This document shows positions 13,597 through 26,325 of a stretch of DNA of 64,000 bases, piece by piece; positions within the stretch are counted from its first letter, which is position 1, and every line of letters starts with the position of its first letter. The notes under the pieces are model-generated. The model did not search any database. It was not told the DNA's origin and saw only the letters and a program-made list of their open reading frames with translations. Origin of the DNA: Podarcis pityusensis (Eukaryota); NCBI GenBank assembly GCA_964106645.2, contig OZ067047.1; one strand, 5' to 3'. The position numbers were made by a program, and so were the translations under genes.

Positions 13597-14372
13597 GCAT
13601 AATGTAATCCAACACACAGTACACTAAGAACCCCTCTCAGCAGCATGAAGAAAAGAGATATCACAAATTATAAGTCAGTATTTGGATGAAGTGTTCTCTT
13701 AATTTATTAGATTGTCAATCTATATCACTTCATACTATGTCTGTTATTAAGAGTTTAGCGTGAACCATGAGTTTTTGGATTTGCTCATTGGGTGGTCTTC
13801 TCCCAGGCACTCTCTTTCAAAGTCAGTCTGGGATTTGGAATATAATCTGGCTCAGAGACTACTTGCTAGGCTAGAATGCAAGTTCTTTTTGCATACTAAA
13901 TGATTACCTATTAATACATGCTCGATATTCCTCATTCTCTCAATAACCAGCCGTATTTTTCCTATACATTAAAAAAGCCAAACATCAGTTTGTTTCCCAT
14001 CATCAGTGAAGGGAGTTTGCATCTACTTGCTTTCCCCAGGAACAAGTGAGGGGAGGCAACTGATAAGGAGACCACAACTAAGTTTCATTGCTAGGAAGTG
14101 AATCCTTCACTAAAGAGGTACTCTCTTTCCCTGCAATGTTACAGGTGCTGTCTAGGTAGCTATGATGAGAAACAACTGCACTTTTTCATATGCAGATTAG
14201 CTTACTAAGGATGGAGGAGTCTATCCTCACCTGCAGATTTAAATAGCAGACTGCAACCATTCTGAGCTAGCAAATCTGATTCTGAGGAAGGGCAACAGGA
14301 TGGCACCAAGTTCTACCAGAAAGTAAGTCCTCTGGCCCACCACCCGACACACAGCATGTTTTCTGGCAGGTA

Positions 14373-14614
14373 CAGTGGTACCTCAGGTTAAGTACTTAAT
14401 TCGTTCCAGAGGTCCGTTCTTAACCTGAAACAGTTCTTAACCTGAAGCACTACTTTAGCTAATGGGGCCTCCTGCTGCTGCCACACCGCCGGAGCACGAT
14501 TTCTGTTCTCATCCTCAAGCAAAGTGCTTAACCTGAAGCACTATTTCTGGGTTAACAGAGTCTGTAACCTGAAGCGTATGTAACCTGAAGCGTATGTAAC
14601 CTGAGGTACCACTG
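14373..14614 (-). mobile_element. Tc1/mariner-type MITE, third copy
   Basis: TIRs CAGTGGTACCTCAGGTTA/TAACCTGAGGTACCACTG. Confidence 0.88.
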
Positions 14615-16949
14615 CAGTTCTTGTGCTGGCCTTTGTGCAAACAACAGCTAGAGAATTTCAGCAGAAAGAGACAAAGAGCGACACCTTGCCACTCATTTCC
14701 ACAGAAATAAAATAGCTGAGATAGGCACAAATTAAGCTAGCATGTCCTCCTGTTGCCTAGATTATATTTTATCAATAGAAAACACCTCATTTTAAAGTTA
14801 ATAGTGCAATCCTAACTCCCAGATATAATAGCTGAGACAGGTTAGCTGGAGCTGGAAATAGGCTGCCATCCATGACTCGGGCTGCCATCAATGACGTAGT
14901 CCAGGGTACCTACTCATACTTGTTAAGGGAAAGCCCTGCTAGCAGAAGTTAAATCACCAGAAGTTACACCAGTGTAGAGGGCAGAAAAGGATTGCATTAA
15001 GGGGGAGAAGTGGGATAACCAAAGTTATGCTGCATGCTAACTCCATTCACTGATTCACAGAGCTCTACGAAACTCAGCAGCCGAAAATGTGGGTGTAATT
15101 AAATTCAGTGCACAGGAATCAATGGAAAGGCAGAAAATGAAAGTCTACACTGCACACGCACCCCCCCCCCCAAAAAAAAACCCTTACTACACACACCCTG
15201 GCCAGAAGCAGTTAGGATGCAAAGTAATTTACCCCCTGACAAATCTGCCTGGTTAGGATGACTCTGTAAGTCTATATTAGACCACTGTAATCAATGCTGA
15301 GCACTGGAGTACCCAATGAGTCTCATGGCTCAAATAGACAAAGGCCCAATGTGTCCCGTGGCTCAAATCAGGTACATTGGCGAAAGAAATGAAATGTGAA
15401 TGAATCTAGGGATTTAAACAGGAAGTTCTTTGTGTCCATTGAATTATAAAGATATTCTTTGCTTTCTAATAAATGAAAGAGTCCAAATCCTTAAACAAAT
15501 TGAGGGAGGGAAAACTGGTACAAGTATGCATTTGTAAAATGACATTTTAATAACTTTATACAAAATGTATTTGTACATTATATAGTTCATATTAGTTATA
15601 TCAAGGACGGCTGTGCGATATAGTACTATTCCTTCACCACCAGCTTGTTAATTTTATGTATCTGATTTCTCCTGTGTCACTTTAACTGTTCTCCATCTAC
15701 AACAGACATCAGTGCCTGCAATTCACAACCATTCATACTTTGGTAGCACCCCACTGCTAGTAATGCAAAAAAAGAACTCTACCAGCACACAACATTCATT
15801 TCTTCTCCCATGGACAGTCATGGAGAAACTCTGGTTGGTTGCAAGCATAGAACTGCCAGACTAGACTCTGAAATAAGGCTGCATATAAGCCTATTTCTAA
15901 AAGATGCCCTTTTCTTTAAGGACCACATTTTGTTCTACAGCAGTACAACTCCACAGATTAGAACAAAAGTCCCCCATCTCAGAGCATCATAGCTCAATAC
16001 AACTGTAAATGACTACTGCCAAAGTAGTAGACATTCCCTTATTTTTGAGGTTTCAGACTGACATCTCTAGTAGATTACCACAAAACTCAAGGTAATTGTT
16101 TCCTCCTCTATCACTGGATGGATGAATGAATGTCCCTGAAGTGAATAGTTAAGAAGCAGTGGAGTAACTTCATCTGCAGTCTGTATGTCACATCCAGGTT
16201 AGGGTGGCTATTCTTGGGGCAAGCTTGATCATATCTAAGTTGCATTTACACTTCAGCTGAGCGGTATACTAGTTTATCTGGGTGAGTGACAAGTGTGAGT
16301 GAAAGCTGTACAACATCTTGATGAACAAATGATTTTTTATGAAGAGTTTAAAACCTGACTACCATGCAGCTATCTTTGACAGCCCCAGAGTTAAAATAAA
16401 GTCCATACAGTGCAATCCTAGGCATGTGCATTTACTCCCAGGCAAACCTGAATTGGATTGCAACCTCAGATACAAGCAAAATATCCAGAGCCACTTCATA
16501 AAACTCTACAGTTCTTCCACAAAGCAACGAGAAGCCTAATAAACTTTCTTGTGGAACAGATCCAAATGAAAAGCTATTTGCCTCGAACTGCCGATATGGG
16601 TGCGATCAAAACAAAAAAACTTCGTCTCTTTCTAGGCCCTCCTCTCACTTTTTAAAACCGAAGACCAGCAATGCATACTCGTTTCCAAGTGTCAACCGTG
16701 ACGGTCTACACGTAGGTTGACAAGCCGTTCCCTTACAAAAAGGCTTGATGGTGATGATGTTGTTGTTGATGATGATGTTGCTGCTGTTACACTTGAGGCC
16801 ACCAAAAATATGCTTCCCCCAGCTGCCCTCCCAGACCAACCACGGAGCTGCAGGATACCCTGCCCACACCCCTGCTGGGCCCTCCACGTTTGCGAAAGCC
16901 CCTTAGCTTTCCTCCCCACCCTCCCACCTACCCCGCTATGCCTAGGATC

Positions 16950-18430
16950 CTAACACCGGCCCGACGGGGGGGGGGGGTCAACGGGGCCAGCATCCTCCCA
17001 AAGCGGCGCTCTTCCCCCAGACTCCTGTGGGGGCGAGGGACAGGATACCCTCCAGTCTCACGCGCAGAGACCCGTGCGCGCGCGCACAAACGCACCCGCA
17101 CCCGAGCGAGCGCGCCCCTCAAGGCCACAAGGGGGGGGGTGTAAGGCGGCCGTCTAGGGTGGCGCCACCGCCTCCTCCTCCTCCTTCCCCGCCGCCTTCC
17201 CTGCTAACCTGCATGCCTCCTCCGTCCGCCTCCGCCTCGGTCCGCAGCCTCTTACTGAGGCCGCTGTCGGCTCCGTCGCCTCCGGGCATGGGCTGCTCCA
17301 GTTCGGGTTCCCGCTTGATCCCTCGCGGGGCTGGGACGCCGGGCACGAGCTGCTGGTGCTGGGCGCCGCCGTCCGCCATCCGAGCCGGACCCCCGGCCGC
17401 CCAAGCGGGAAGCGCAGCCGTCCTCGCCCCCTCGAAAGAGCCCGGCAGCAGCAGCTGGAGCTGGAGCGGCGCTGCTGAAGGCCCAGCCAGCCCGGTCCGG
17501 CCAGGACCAGCGGGAGACGAGGAGTAGGGGAAGGGGGCGCGCGGGACCGGCGCCTCTCCGGAGCCCGCGAGCGGGAGACCGAGGCTGTGCCCAAAGAGCG
17601 CGGCGGCGGCGCCGACTCGGGCCCGCCGGGCAGCGCCGAAAAGAACCGAGCAAAGGGAAGGCGAGAGAGAAGGCGCACCGACGCGCGAAGCGGTGCTGGC
17701 GGCAGGCGCAGCAGCAAGAGCCGTCTCCGCCGGAGACGTAGATTGGGGAGAGAGGAGAAAGGAGAGGCCGAAGCCCCTCGGTAATTTTCGGAAACGCCGT
17801 ATGGGAGCGAGGACGCGACTCGGAGCGACCCCCTCCCCTTTCCTCCTCTCTCCCCCGCTCGGCAATCTTCGGGAATGGGATGAGGTGGGCGGGGCCACGG
17901 CTCTAAGAAAGGGCGGGGCCCGGGAGAGGTCCTGGAGGGCTCGGACGTTTGAAGGCCTCTTGGCTGGGCGGGAGAAGGGAGGGCTTTGCCTGAGGGAGTC
18001 GGTTTTCCCTCAGACCCGGAGGGAAGGGAGGAAAAGGGCCCCCCAGTAATAAACGCCAGGCGACGCTCGGCTTTCGGGTCGCCCCCAGGTGCTGAAGTGC
18101 CCGAGCTCGTTTCCTCTGCTCACGGAAACAGCCGTTTGTGGATTTATTCCCAGCTGCTTGACAAGGAGCCCCGCGCTAGGAAATTGTGTTAAACGAGCTG
18201 CCTCGTTTAGAAAGGCGGCCTTCCTTCTTTCCAGGCCCGCTGCTGCTGCTGCTGCCGCCGCCGCCGCCCCTGTTGAGGTTGGCGGCGGGGCTCTGTTTGA
18301 AAGAGAGGCTCTGTGTTTATTTCATCAGGGCTGAGGCCCGAGAGACGAAATAAATTACGCGCGACCCCAATGTAACGAAACCATAAAGCGAACCCGTCAG
18401 GATAAACACAAACAAACAGCGACTGAAAGG
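16950..18430. promoter_or_regulatory. CpG island / RBFOX2 promoter
   Basis: Very GC- and CpG-rich block; GC boxes GGGCGGGG at about 17887 and 17911; (GCT)n(GCC)n tract at about 18238-18267. Confidence 0.85.
17209..17379 (-). CDS. RBFOX2: RBFOX2 first coding exon (distal promoter, 57 aa); the rest of the gene lies left of the window
   Basis: MADGGAQHQQLVPGVPAPRGIKREPELEQPMPGGDGADSGLSKRLRTEAEADGGGMQ|GTTAGC resembles the recalled human RBFOX2 N-terminus (MAEGAQPHQ...RGMKRESELELPVPGAGGDGADPGLSKRPRTEEAAADGGGGMQ). It sits in a CpG island, downstream of MYH9 as in human. Confidence 0.9.
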
Positions 18431-18518
18431 CAAAGCAAACCGTCGCCCACTAAAAAAAAAAAAAAAAAGAAAGCACTTAAAACGCCTGTGAAAATAAGTC
18501 AGCTTTAACATGGCGCTT

Positions 18519-18574
18519 AAATATCAGCTCCTGTGGTTGTTCCACAAAATATCAGCTCCTGTGGTTGTTCCACA
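18519..18574. repeat. Perfect 28-bp tandem duplication
   Basis: (AAATATCAGCTCCTGTGGTTGTTCCACA)x2. Confidence 0.9.
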
Positions 18575-21500
18575 AATTGGGTGCCATCATGGAGAAAACA
18601 CTCCTGCAGCACCATGGAGTAAGTGTCCCCTAACTGGGGTGTGGATACAGGGGTGAGGAGCCCCAGGCCCACCCCTGTCCTCTATCCAGCCCTTGGTAAG
18701 ACTCTTCAGGCCACGTTGCTCACTGACTCTTGCTTTGTGCCATCCTTGTTGGTTTTGCCTAGCTGAAATTGACCCTTTCACTAGTGTGCGCCAAAACTTA
18801 GCCCAGTGTACAAAGGTAAGATTTACTTTAATTGCTCCAGCCGCTTCTGCCTCTGGCCCTGCCAAACGCTGGGATATGCCCCTACTCCTGGTTCAGGGGT
18901 GATGGGAATTGTAGTCCAAAAACAGTTGGGAGACCCAAGTTTGGAAATTCCTGCCCTAGGGAATGTGGCCCTTAGACTGAAAAACTCCCCCCACCCTGCA
19001 GTGAAGCTGCCTCCACAGATGCTAACGCACAGGCAAGCTGATACAGGAAAAGATGCTCCTTTGAGTATTTATTTAGATATAACAGTAGGTGCTTCCACAT
19101 ATTTTCTAAAAGGAGGCAGGGTTCCACTGCTGAAGTTTGCTGGCTTGGGAGTCATTAATCCTAAACCCAGATTTGTACAGACTAAGGCTGCAGTGCTTCC
19201 TAAACACTCTTAAACAAGGAGCTCAGTGGGATTTACTTACAAGCAGACATGATTAGGGTTGCACTTTGCATATGCCCAAAGACACTCCCACTATTATTTA
19301 TTTACAACTCCCCCCGCCCTTGTTTGCATTCCAACATTGGGAGGTAAGCCCAGGGGAAGACAATTCCACATGCACATAAAGAGCAAAAAGGAAGTGTGCA
19401 CCATGTTCAAAAATGGAGATCTGCTTGTGGTGAACCATGGTTGATAGAGGCCCTTGGGGAAATATTTGCCATTAGTTTCCCATTCTGGCATTATTGTAAT
19501 AGCAGCACAGAGTGGATGATGGATGGCAAGCAGCGGGCTTCTCATTCCAGGACTGCCTGTAGCCCTTTTCCTAAACAGCTTAGCTGTGCTGCCCCTCTAG
19601 CCATGCTGTCATATGCTGTGAAAGCTGAGCCTACTTCTCTCACCTTTGTCTCTTCTTACCTTCTCTCATTGCTTCTGCCTTTGTCCCGCTTCTCCTTCGC
19701 ATCACATTCCTGGACAGAGCTGACAAACTCTGCTTGCTCTTGAGATCTCTCGGTTGCCCTCACCTTGTCCAGATCTTGTCTCTGGGTTCATGTCCCTGGG
19801 TGCTCACGAACTATGGGCACAAGTTGCATGTGACTTGGATCTTATGCAACAACAGAATAACACCTGTGCAATAATTGCAGTAAAAGCATTGTCGGGGGGG
19901 GGGGGGAGCAAGTTTGACTCATGCTGCTTTTAAGTCTATGCCATTTGTCTTATCATTAATAGGTGAAAGTATAATCCTTACAGACAGATGCAACCTTGAA
20001 GAAAAACATGCCACATTACTTTTGCTGGATCTTTTTTTTTAAAAAAGGAAACATTTTGATATCTTTAAAATGCAGAAATTCAATAACATCTGTGCCAGGT
20101 ACAGTTAGAAAAGCACAATTCACAGTCACTATTGTAAGTTCTCCATTTTCCTGTCCCAAAGGTGTAATGGCAAATATAGTAACTGTCAAACAGCCTCCTT
20201 AACCTGGTGATTCCAGATGATTAATTTGTAGTAAACAACAAAATGGTCTGTTTTCAAATGGCTTAATTTTCCTCCAGTATCTTTTTTTTGTTTTTTTTTG
20301 TTAAAGTTCAGATTTTATGCGGAGTTTGATGAGCAACCACCATCGACATTTGTCTACTTCCTGAGTGGTTAGAGTCAGTTTGCAACCCCATGAGGTGCAT
20401 GAGTAATACAACTTGCCATATACAGCTTTGCTTGAAATTACATATCTTTGGCAATCACATTTAGCTTTGGCAGAATTTTTCTGTGTTCCTCATTATGCCA
20501 TCAGGCTTTGATGCCTGTACTCCCTGAGGCAGGAAATGTGTTGGCTGTGACCTTTTTCATTCAAACTGCCCATTCCACATATTTAATTATCAGTACTAGT
20601 TTTGCTGTGAAATATTAGGCAGACCGTTTGTCTTACAATGTGAATTTTTGAAGGTGTGAGCACTCAGAAGTGGCACCCAATTTACAGAGACTTTGGCCAG
20701 AGCACTTCAAAGCAGCACTAGACTGGTTTTTCAAGAATTATTTTTTTAAATTTTTTAAAAAACTAAATACCTCTTGATTGTAGAAAAAGACTAAAAGCTG
20801 TTTATTTAAATCAAAGTTGATATTTTTTTCTGTAGGAACCCAGGGTCTTGTTTTCCTTTTTCCAATTAAACATACGGTCAAGCAACATGTGATATGAACG
20901 CTTTCTGTAAAAAAACGCTTTCTAGCCATTTTCCTTTTGAAGAAAAAAGCAGCCTTGTGGCTCTGATCCAGAATGTGCTCTCAATCTAGATTGGGGCTTG
21001 TTCCAATTTACTGCTTGAAATCACCCACACAAAATTATTTGCACCACAAGGTGATCTTTTCTGCAGATTGCATGTTCAGTTGTAAACAGCAGTCATTGAA
21101 GACACAATTTTCAACAGAATTTTAAAAATTGGGGTTTAATGGCTATTGTGTAATACATTTTGTCAGTAGTATTCTAATTGAAGTGTATTTGATGGGGAAA
21201 TTATTCTGTCTGGTCAGGTAGAAGTTGGCTTAACTGTCTCTGGGAGACCTTAACTGACAGCTAAGGATGGGTTGGAGATAGAACTCTCATTATACCAAAG
21301 AAGGATAGAAAGTATCCATATTTTGATTGGTTACCACCACAGATTTAGAATTTTCAGTTAGATTGTGTGATTGGTTGGGGCTTGACTAAAGTCAGAAGAA
21401 GTGAATATTTGATGGAACTAGTCAGTCATGGTCAGTCCATGTTGTTTGGAGAGTGTCTGTTTGTTGTTGGTAGGTGTTTTTGGTAGAAAGACAGTAAGAG

Positions 21501-22651
21501 GATGTAAGACAGTAAGAGGAAGAAGACTGAGGAAGAAGAAAGAAGGCCTGAGATGAAGGCATAGTGGCTTGGTGACTAAAGACTTTTTGGGGTAGTGAAA
21601 TCACTTGGTTTAGGCTTAAGATGATGAAAAAAGAATATGTCCACAACACTCAAGGAGTGCTTGGCTCTGATTTCTGGTAGGAGAGCCAGAGGAAGATTCC
21701 AGGATTGTACAAATGGTTAAACAGAGGAAGTGACTGGCCCAAGGTTGTCTAGTGGCGTACCTGGCTGCAAGTCAGTATGTCAAGTCCAAAGTTCAAAGAC
21801 CAGGGGTCAAGCCACACAACCGAAGTCCAGCAGTCAGGATACAGTGCAGAGTCAAGCCCAAAGCACAGCCCTGTAGAGGTCCAGGAGCATCCCAGCCAAG
21901 GTCCACCAATATGGGCAGTTGAGCAGACACAGCGCCTCAGCTCTGTTTCCCTTTTGCACTTTGCCTGCTGATTGCAGCATCTGGGCTTGATAAGGAATGT
22001 GATCCTCACCTGCCCCAAGCCTAATCCAGATGAGAAATCACACACCTCATCCCATAGCTAGTGAACCACACTTGACCAGCCAGGGAGGTGGGCTGTGGCC
22101 ATTGCCTGGCCTCAGCCTCCTGGAGCATCCCTCCTGCTCTCTATACCTCAGATGCTGCAGCTGACATTTTAGTTGGTCCAAAAAACACCAGTGAGTAACC
22201 AAGTCTGGTCCAAATATGGAAAACAACATTATGTCTCAGGCCCACTTCTGTTTCCCATTCTATTGCTTCAACCAGCTCACTAGGTGTTTGCTGTCATGGT
22301 ATGCCTTCTCCCTTCTTCAGTGTGTCCCCTCTCTACTCCTTCCTTGCAAAATGTTTGTGCCTCTTCCATAGACACAATTTTTATAAGCACATCATGTTCA
22401 TGTGTGTGTGTGTAATCATTGGCACTGCAGTGGGACTCCAGCTCTTCTCCTTGGGGAGGGGGTTTCTAACCCCTGGGCTATGGGGTGACCTAGTTGTTGA
22501 TCTGAATGATCTTCATTCCTTCCCTTTTTGCTGTGGGTCTGCCAAAAATCTCTGTTTGATCTGTCAGGGGTATTTGTCTAAGAAGAACCTAGAAGCTTGT
22601 CCCTACAAGAGTCATTTGCTGCCATCCCCATCTCTGAGCCATGAAGTGAAA

Positions 22652-22652
<1 letters not shown>

Positions 22653-22689
<37 letters not shown>
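22653..22689. repeat. (TG)n microsatellite
   Basis: Read directly. Confidence 0.95.
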
Positions 22690-22698
<9 letters not shown>

Positions 22699-24160
22699 TA
22701 TAGTCATACAAGTCCATCCTTAGATACATGAATCTGAGGTTTAATTTACAAAAAAATAAAAATATCAGTTGCTTTACTACCTGCAATTTCAAAAGAGAAC
22801 CTAGCTAAAAGTTCAGTTCCATTTCTTTGCTGTATTTTCATATTTAAGTTCAGAGGCTTTCAGACTGTGGACTGCCAGTGGTCTATGGGTTTCATTCAGG
22901 TGGTTTATGGCATATACGTAAAAATATAATTAGAAGTCATAAAGCATCTAACACAGTGCATTACACTTGCTTACTACAACAGGCAGGGTGAGAGATGGGA
23001 GGACAGTCTGTACATATTAGGTGATGGATCCCCCCCCCCCCCCCGGTTTCTTGCTGCAGGGTTGTTGTTTTTCTAAATCCAATCCCATTCATTGGTATTT
23101 TGTTATTTTATGGTGTATTTATGAGCACATACCCAGTGTTGTTTTGGAATTCTAAGAAACAGATAAAGCCAGTGGTTATAAGCAGTGCAGTTTTGAAAGG
23201 TTCCCTCTGGCATCTTGCTTCATAATGGCATCTAGCTTCATAATGGCATCTAGCTGTATCCAAATATCGAAAACCTACTCCTTGATATCAGGAACCATCA
23301 TGCAAAATTTGGTTGCAATATCTTAAGATCCAGATGCATAGCAAACAAAAAACTTTTCAAAATACATACAATTTCTTTTTTATTAATGTTCATTGCTTTG
23401 GGAGTATTTAGACTGAAAAGTATTATATCAATAAATCAAAATAACTTCAAATCTATTTCCTTATCAGTAAGCATATATACCATGCAGATACACTTCTGAT
23501 GTTTGTACAAATTGTGACAAACCTGGGCTCTTTCATGTTTTACTACTACTACTATGGTAAAGATTATTAGCAAGATAAATACATCTTAAGCATTCTCAGA
23601 TGCTGTATGAATGGCCTCAAGCCTCAAACACTATGTCTTTGAAGCTGTTCTTTACCTAGCAGTAACCCCATTTTATGGCTACCCCAACATGAGCAACACC
23701 TGGTTCTCTTTCATACCATTTCTGGTTCCCCTCTCCGCACCCCCTAAAAAGACTTGTTAGTAGAGGTGCCCAAGAGCTCTACTTTTCTTTCTCAAAGGAT
23801 GAATAACGCAAACACTTAACTTTTCAGACATCGCAGTACCAAGTTAGGAATCCCTTCCCAGCTATTAAAATATGAGCCAAAGACTCTTCGTGGTTCCTTA
23901 GTGAGTCAGGCAACATTTTCTATGAGGACTTTCATGTTGCATTGCTCCCAAGTGCCAGACTTCGTTTATATGGTCCTGAATGACTGCTTGGAACATTTTT
24001 GTTTCTCTTGGCAATTTTCCTCATGACAGAATATGATATTCCTCTTTCTATGTTTGTAACCAGCCTAGGGAAATTTTAATGGGGCTCGGTAATAAAGATT
24101 TAGATTGGGACACCCTCCATCAGCCCAGCCAGCATGGAAAGTAATAAAAAATGAAGGGAG

Positions 24161-24547
24161 TGTTGTTGTTTAGTCGTGCCCGACTCTTCATGACCCCATG
24201 GACCAGAGCACACCAGGCATTCCTGTCTTTCACTGCCTCCAGCAGTTTGGTCAAACTCATGTTGGTAGCTTTGAGAACACTGTCCCACCATCTCGTCCTC
24301 TGTCATCACCTTCTCCTTGTGCCCTCAATCTTTCCCAACATCAGGGTCTTTTCCAGGGAGTCTTCTCTTCTCATGAGGTGGCCAAAGTATTGGAGCCTCA
24401 GCTTCAGGATCTGTCCTTCCAGTGAGCACTCAGGGCTGATTTCCTTCAGAAAGGTTTGATCTTCTTGCAGTCCATGGGACTCTCAAGAGTCTCCTCTAGC
24501 ACCATAATTCAAAAGCATCAATTCTTCGGCAATCAGCCTTCTTTATG
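24161..24547 (-). mobile_element. BovB (RTE) LINE 3' fragment
   Basis: Hallmark BovB blocks (gactcttcatgaccccatggac; atgaggtggccaaagtattggag; cttgcagtccatgggactctcaagagtct; aaagcatcaattcttcgg) with a (CAA)n tail. Confidence 0.85.
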
Positions 24548-24658
24548 ATGGGAGTAGTCCAACAAAATAGGCAGGACACATTGGCTACTTCTGCATTTCT
24601 CCTATTTGTCCGCTGTTAGTATGTGATCTGTTCCCCAACTATTATCAATAAAAGGTGC

Positions 24659-25043
24659 ATGAGGAATGGTTGAGGAATTGGGTATGTTTAAGCTGGTAAA
24701 GAGAAGACTGAGAGGAGATATAATAGGCATCTTCAAAAATCTAAAAGGCTGTCACATGGAAGCTTGTTTTCTCCTGCTCTGGAGGCCAGGATCCAAACCA
24801 ATAGATTCAATGTAAAAGAAAGGTGATTCCAATTACACATCAGAAGGAATAACTTTCTGACAGTAAGAGCTCTTCAACGATAGAACAGACTCCCACACTA
24901 AGTGGTGGGTTCTCCTTCCTTGGAGGTTTTTAAGCAGAGGTTGGATGGCCATCTGTCACATATGATCTAGTCGAGTCCTGTATTGCAGAGCATTGGACTA
25001 GATGACTCTCAGGGTTCCTTCCAACTCTACAGTTCTAGGATTC
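24659..25043 (+). mobile_element. CR1 LINE 3' end
   Basis: Degenerate ELGMFKL.KRRLRGD ORF2 end and terminal ...ttccaactctacagttctaggattc. Confidence 0.8.
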
Positions 25044-25458
25044 CAAGCAGGAGCTCAACCCAACTGCCCATTCGCTGTCAGCTGCCAAATACTAAAAATA
25101 TTCAGAGGCAGGACAAACTGGAGGGTGTTATAGACAAGGAAGAGGGATAAATCTTACAATGTTATCTCAGACCCCAAACTCACAAGATGGATGTAGAACC
25201 TTTGGAGATTAAAAGGCAAGAGTAAGCTGGTCTTCCATAGACATATGAAGGCAGCCCTGTTTTGGAAAGCTTTTAATGTCTGATGTTTTGTTTTGTTCCT
25301 TTATAGTTTGTTGGAAGCTGCCCATAGTGGCTGGGGTAAAAATAAATTTTCATCATCTTGATAGGCACACCTGAGAGCCTCTAATGCCAACATCTGTGCT
25401 CTTAGGTGCAGCTCTAAGATACTGCCCAGCTTAAGGCTCCTGATTATATAATTAACAT

Positions 25459-25709
25459 AGAAGAAGAAGTGTTTGGATTTGATATCTCACTTTATCACTA
25501 CCCTGAGGAGTCTTAAAGCAGCTCACAATCTCCTTTCCCTTCCTCCCCCCATAACAAACACTCTGCGAGGTGAGTGAGGCTGAGAGACTTCAGAGAACTG
25601 TGACTAGCCCAGGATCACCCAGCAGCTGCATGTGGAGGAGCGGGGAAGCGAACCCTGTTCACCAGATTACGAGTCCACCGCTCTTAACCACTACACCACA
25701 CTGGCTCTC
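25459..25709 (-). mobile_element. tRNA-derived squamate SINE (Squam3-like)
   Basis: Minus-strand head GAGAGCCAGTGTGGTGTAGTGGTTAAGAG (A box), GGTTCGCTTCC (B box), (TTC)n tail. Confidence 0.75.
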
Positions 25710-25990
25710 AGGAGGACTGAGAACTTATAAGTTTTTACTTATAAAGTCAAATAAATCCACAAATAAATGCAGAGATGTGGATGTGCCAGGGTGCAGAGAT
25801 GTGGATCTCCTAGGGTTCCAGGTGCTGACGCAGGTTCAGTTTCCTTGGAATGAAGGACAGCGGAGACCGTGGTGTCTTCAGGAGGCATGGTTTGATTTGC
25901 ACAAGTACAACCTGAGCAGAGCATCCGCGACCCAACAGATCTTGCTTCTCCATTAAGTCCTTTTATTCTGTTGCAGTGCCAGAGGAAGGG

Positions 25991-26045
25991 GGGGCGGAGG
26001 TCAGAGATTGGGGGCGGGGACACATGATTAAGTGGTGTACAAATT
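25991..26045 (+). promoter_or_regulatory. Candidate promoter of the plus-strand unit
   Basis: GGGGCGGAGG (25991-26000) and GGGGGCGGGG (26010-26019) Sp1-type boxes, a TATA-like TACAAAT at about 26038, then a CpG-enriched ~450 bp. Confidence 0.4.
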
Positions 26046-26325
26046 AACCCAACAATGCTTTGCAGCAGCCGTATCAGCGTTTCAACGAGCCAGTTGGATA
26101 TCGGGGACTCTGACGTTGTGTACTGGAGGACCCCAAGCTGAAAGAAAATCCTTGCTCCCCAGAGAGACGTCGGCTCGGACAGCCCCGAGCTTCAACTACG
26201 AAGCCTACAAGAGCGACTCCGACTGTAGCTTCCTTGGGGCAGAGACCTGCCTGCATGGCTGATGCCACACATTCTCGCTCCTCCTCCCAGCGCAACTGAA
26301 AGAGCTTCCCCCTCTTCCTCCGCAG

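Noticed and set aside
1-17208. Downstream RBFOX2 exons (second exon or RRM exons)
   Set aside because: None recognised; the region appears to be intron 1 only, although small alternative first exons could be missed by eye.
17027-18334. Many overlapping long ORFs (up to 259 aa) on both strands
   Set aside because: By-product of the GC-rich CpG island. Only the 57 codons at 17209-17379 match a known protein and end at a splice donor.
21100-22240. Possible decayed LTR(s), with CCAAT-like boxes and short internal repeats
   Set aside because: No convincing termini or TSD could be defined by eye.
23217-23255. 18-bp tandem duplication
   Set aside because: Two copies only with no spacers; ordinary slippage, not an array.
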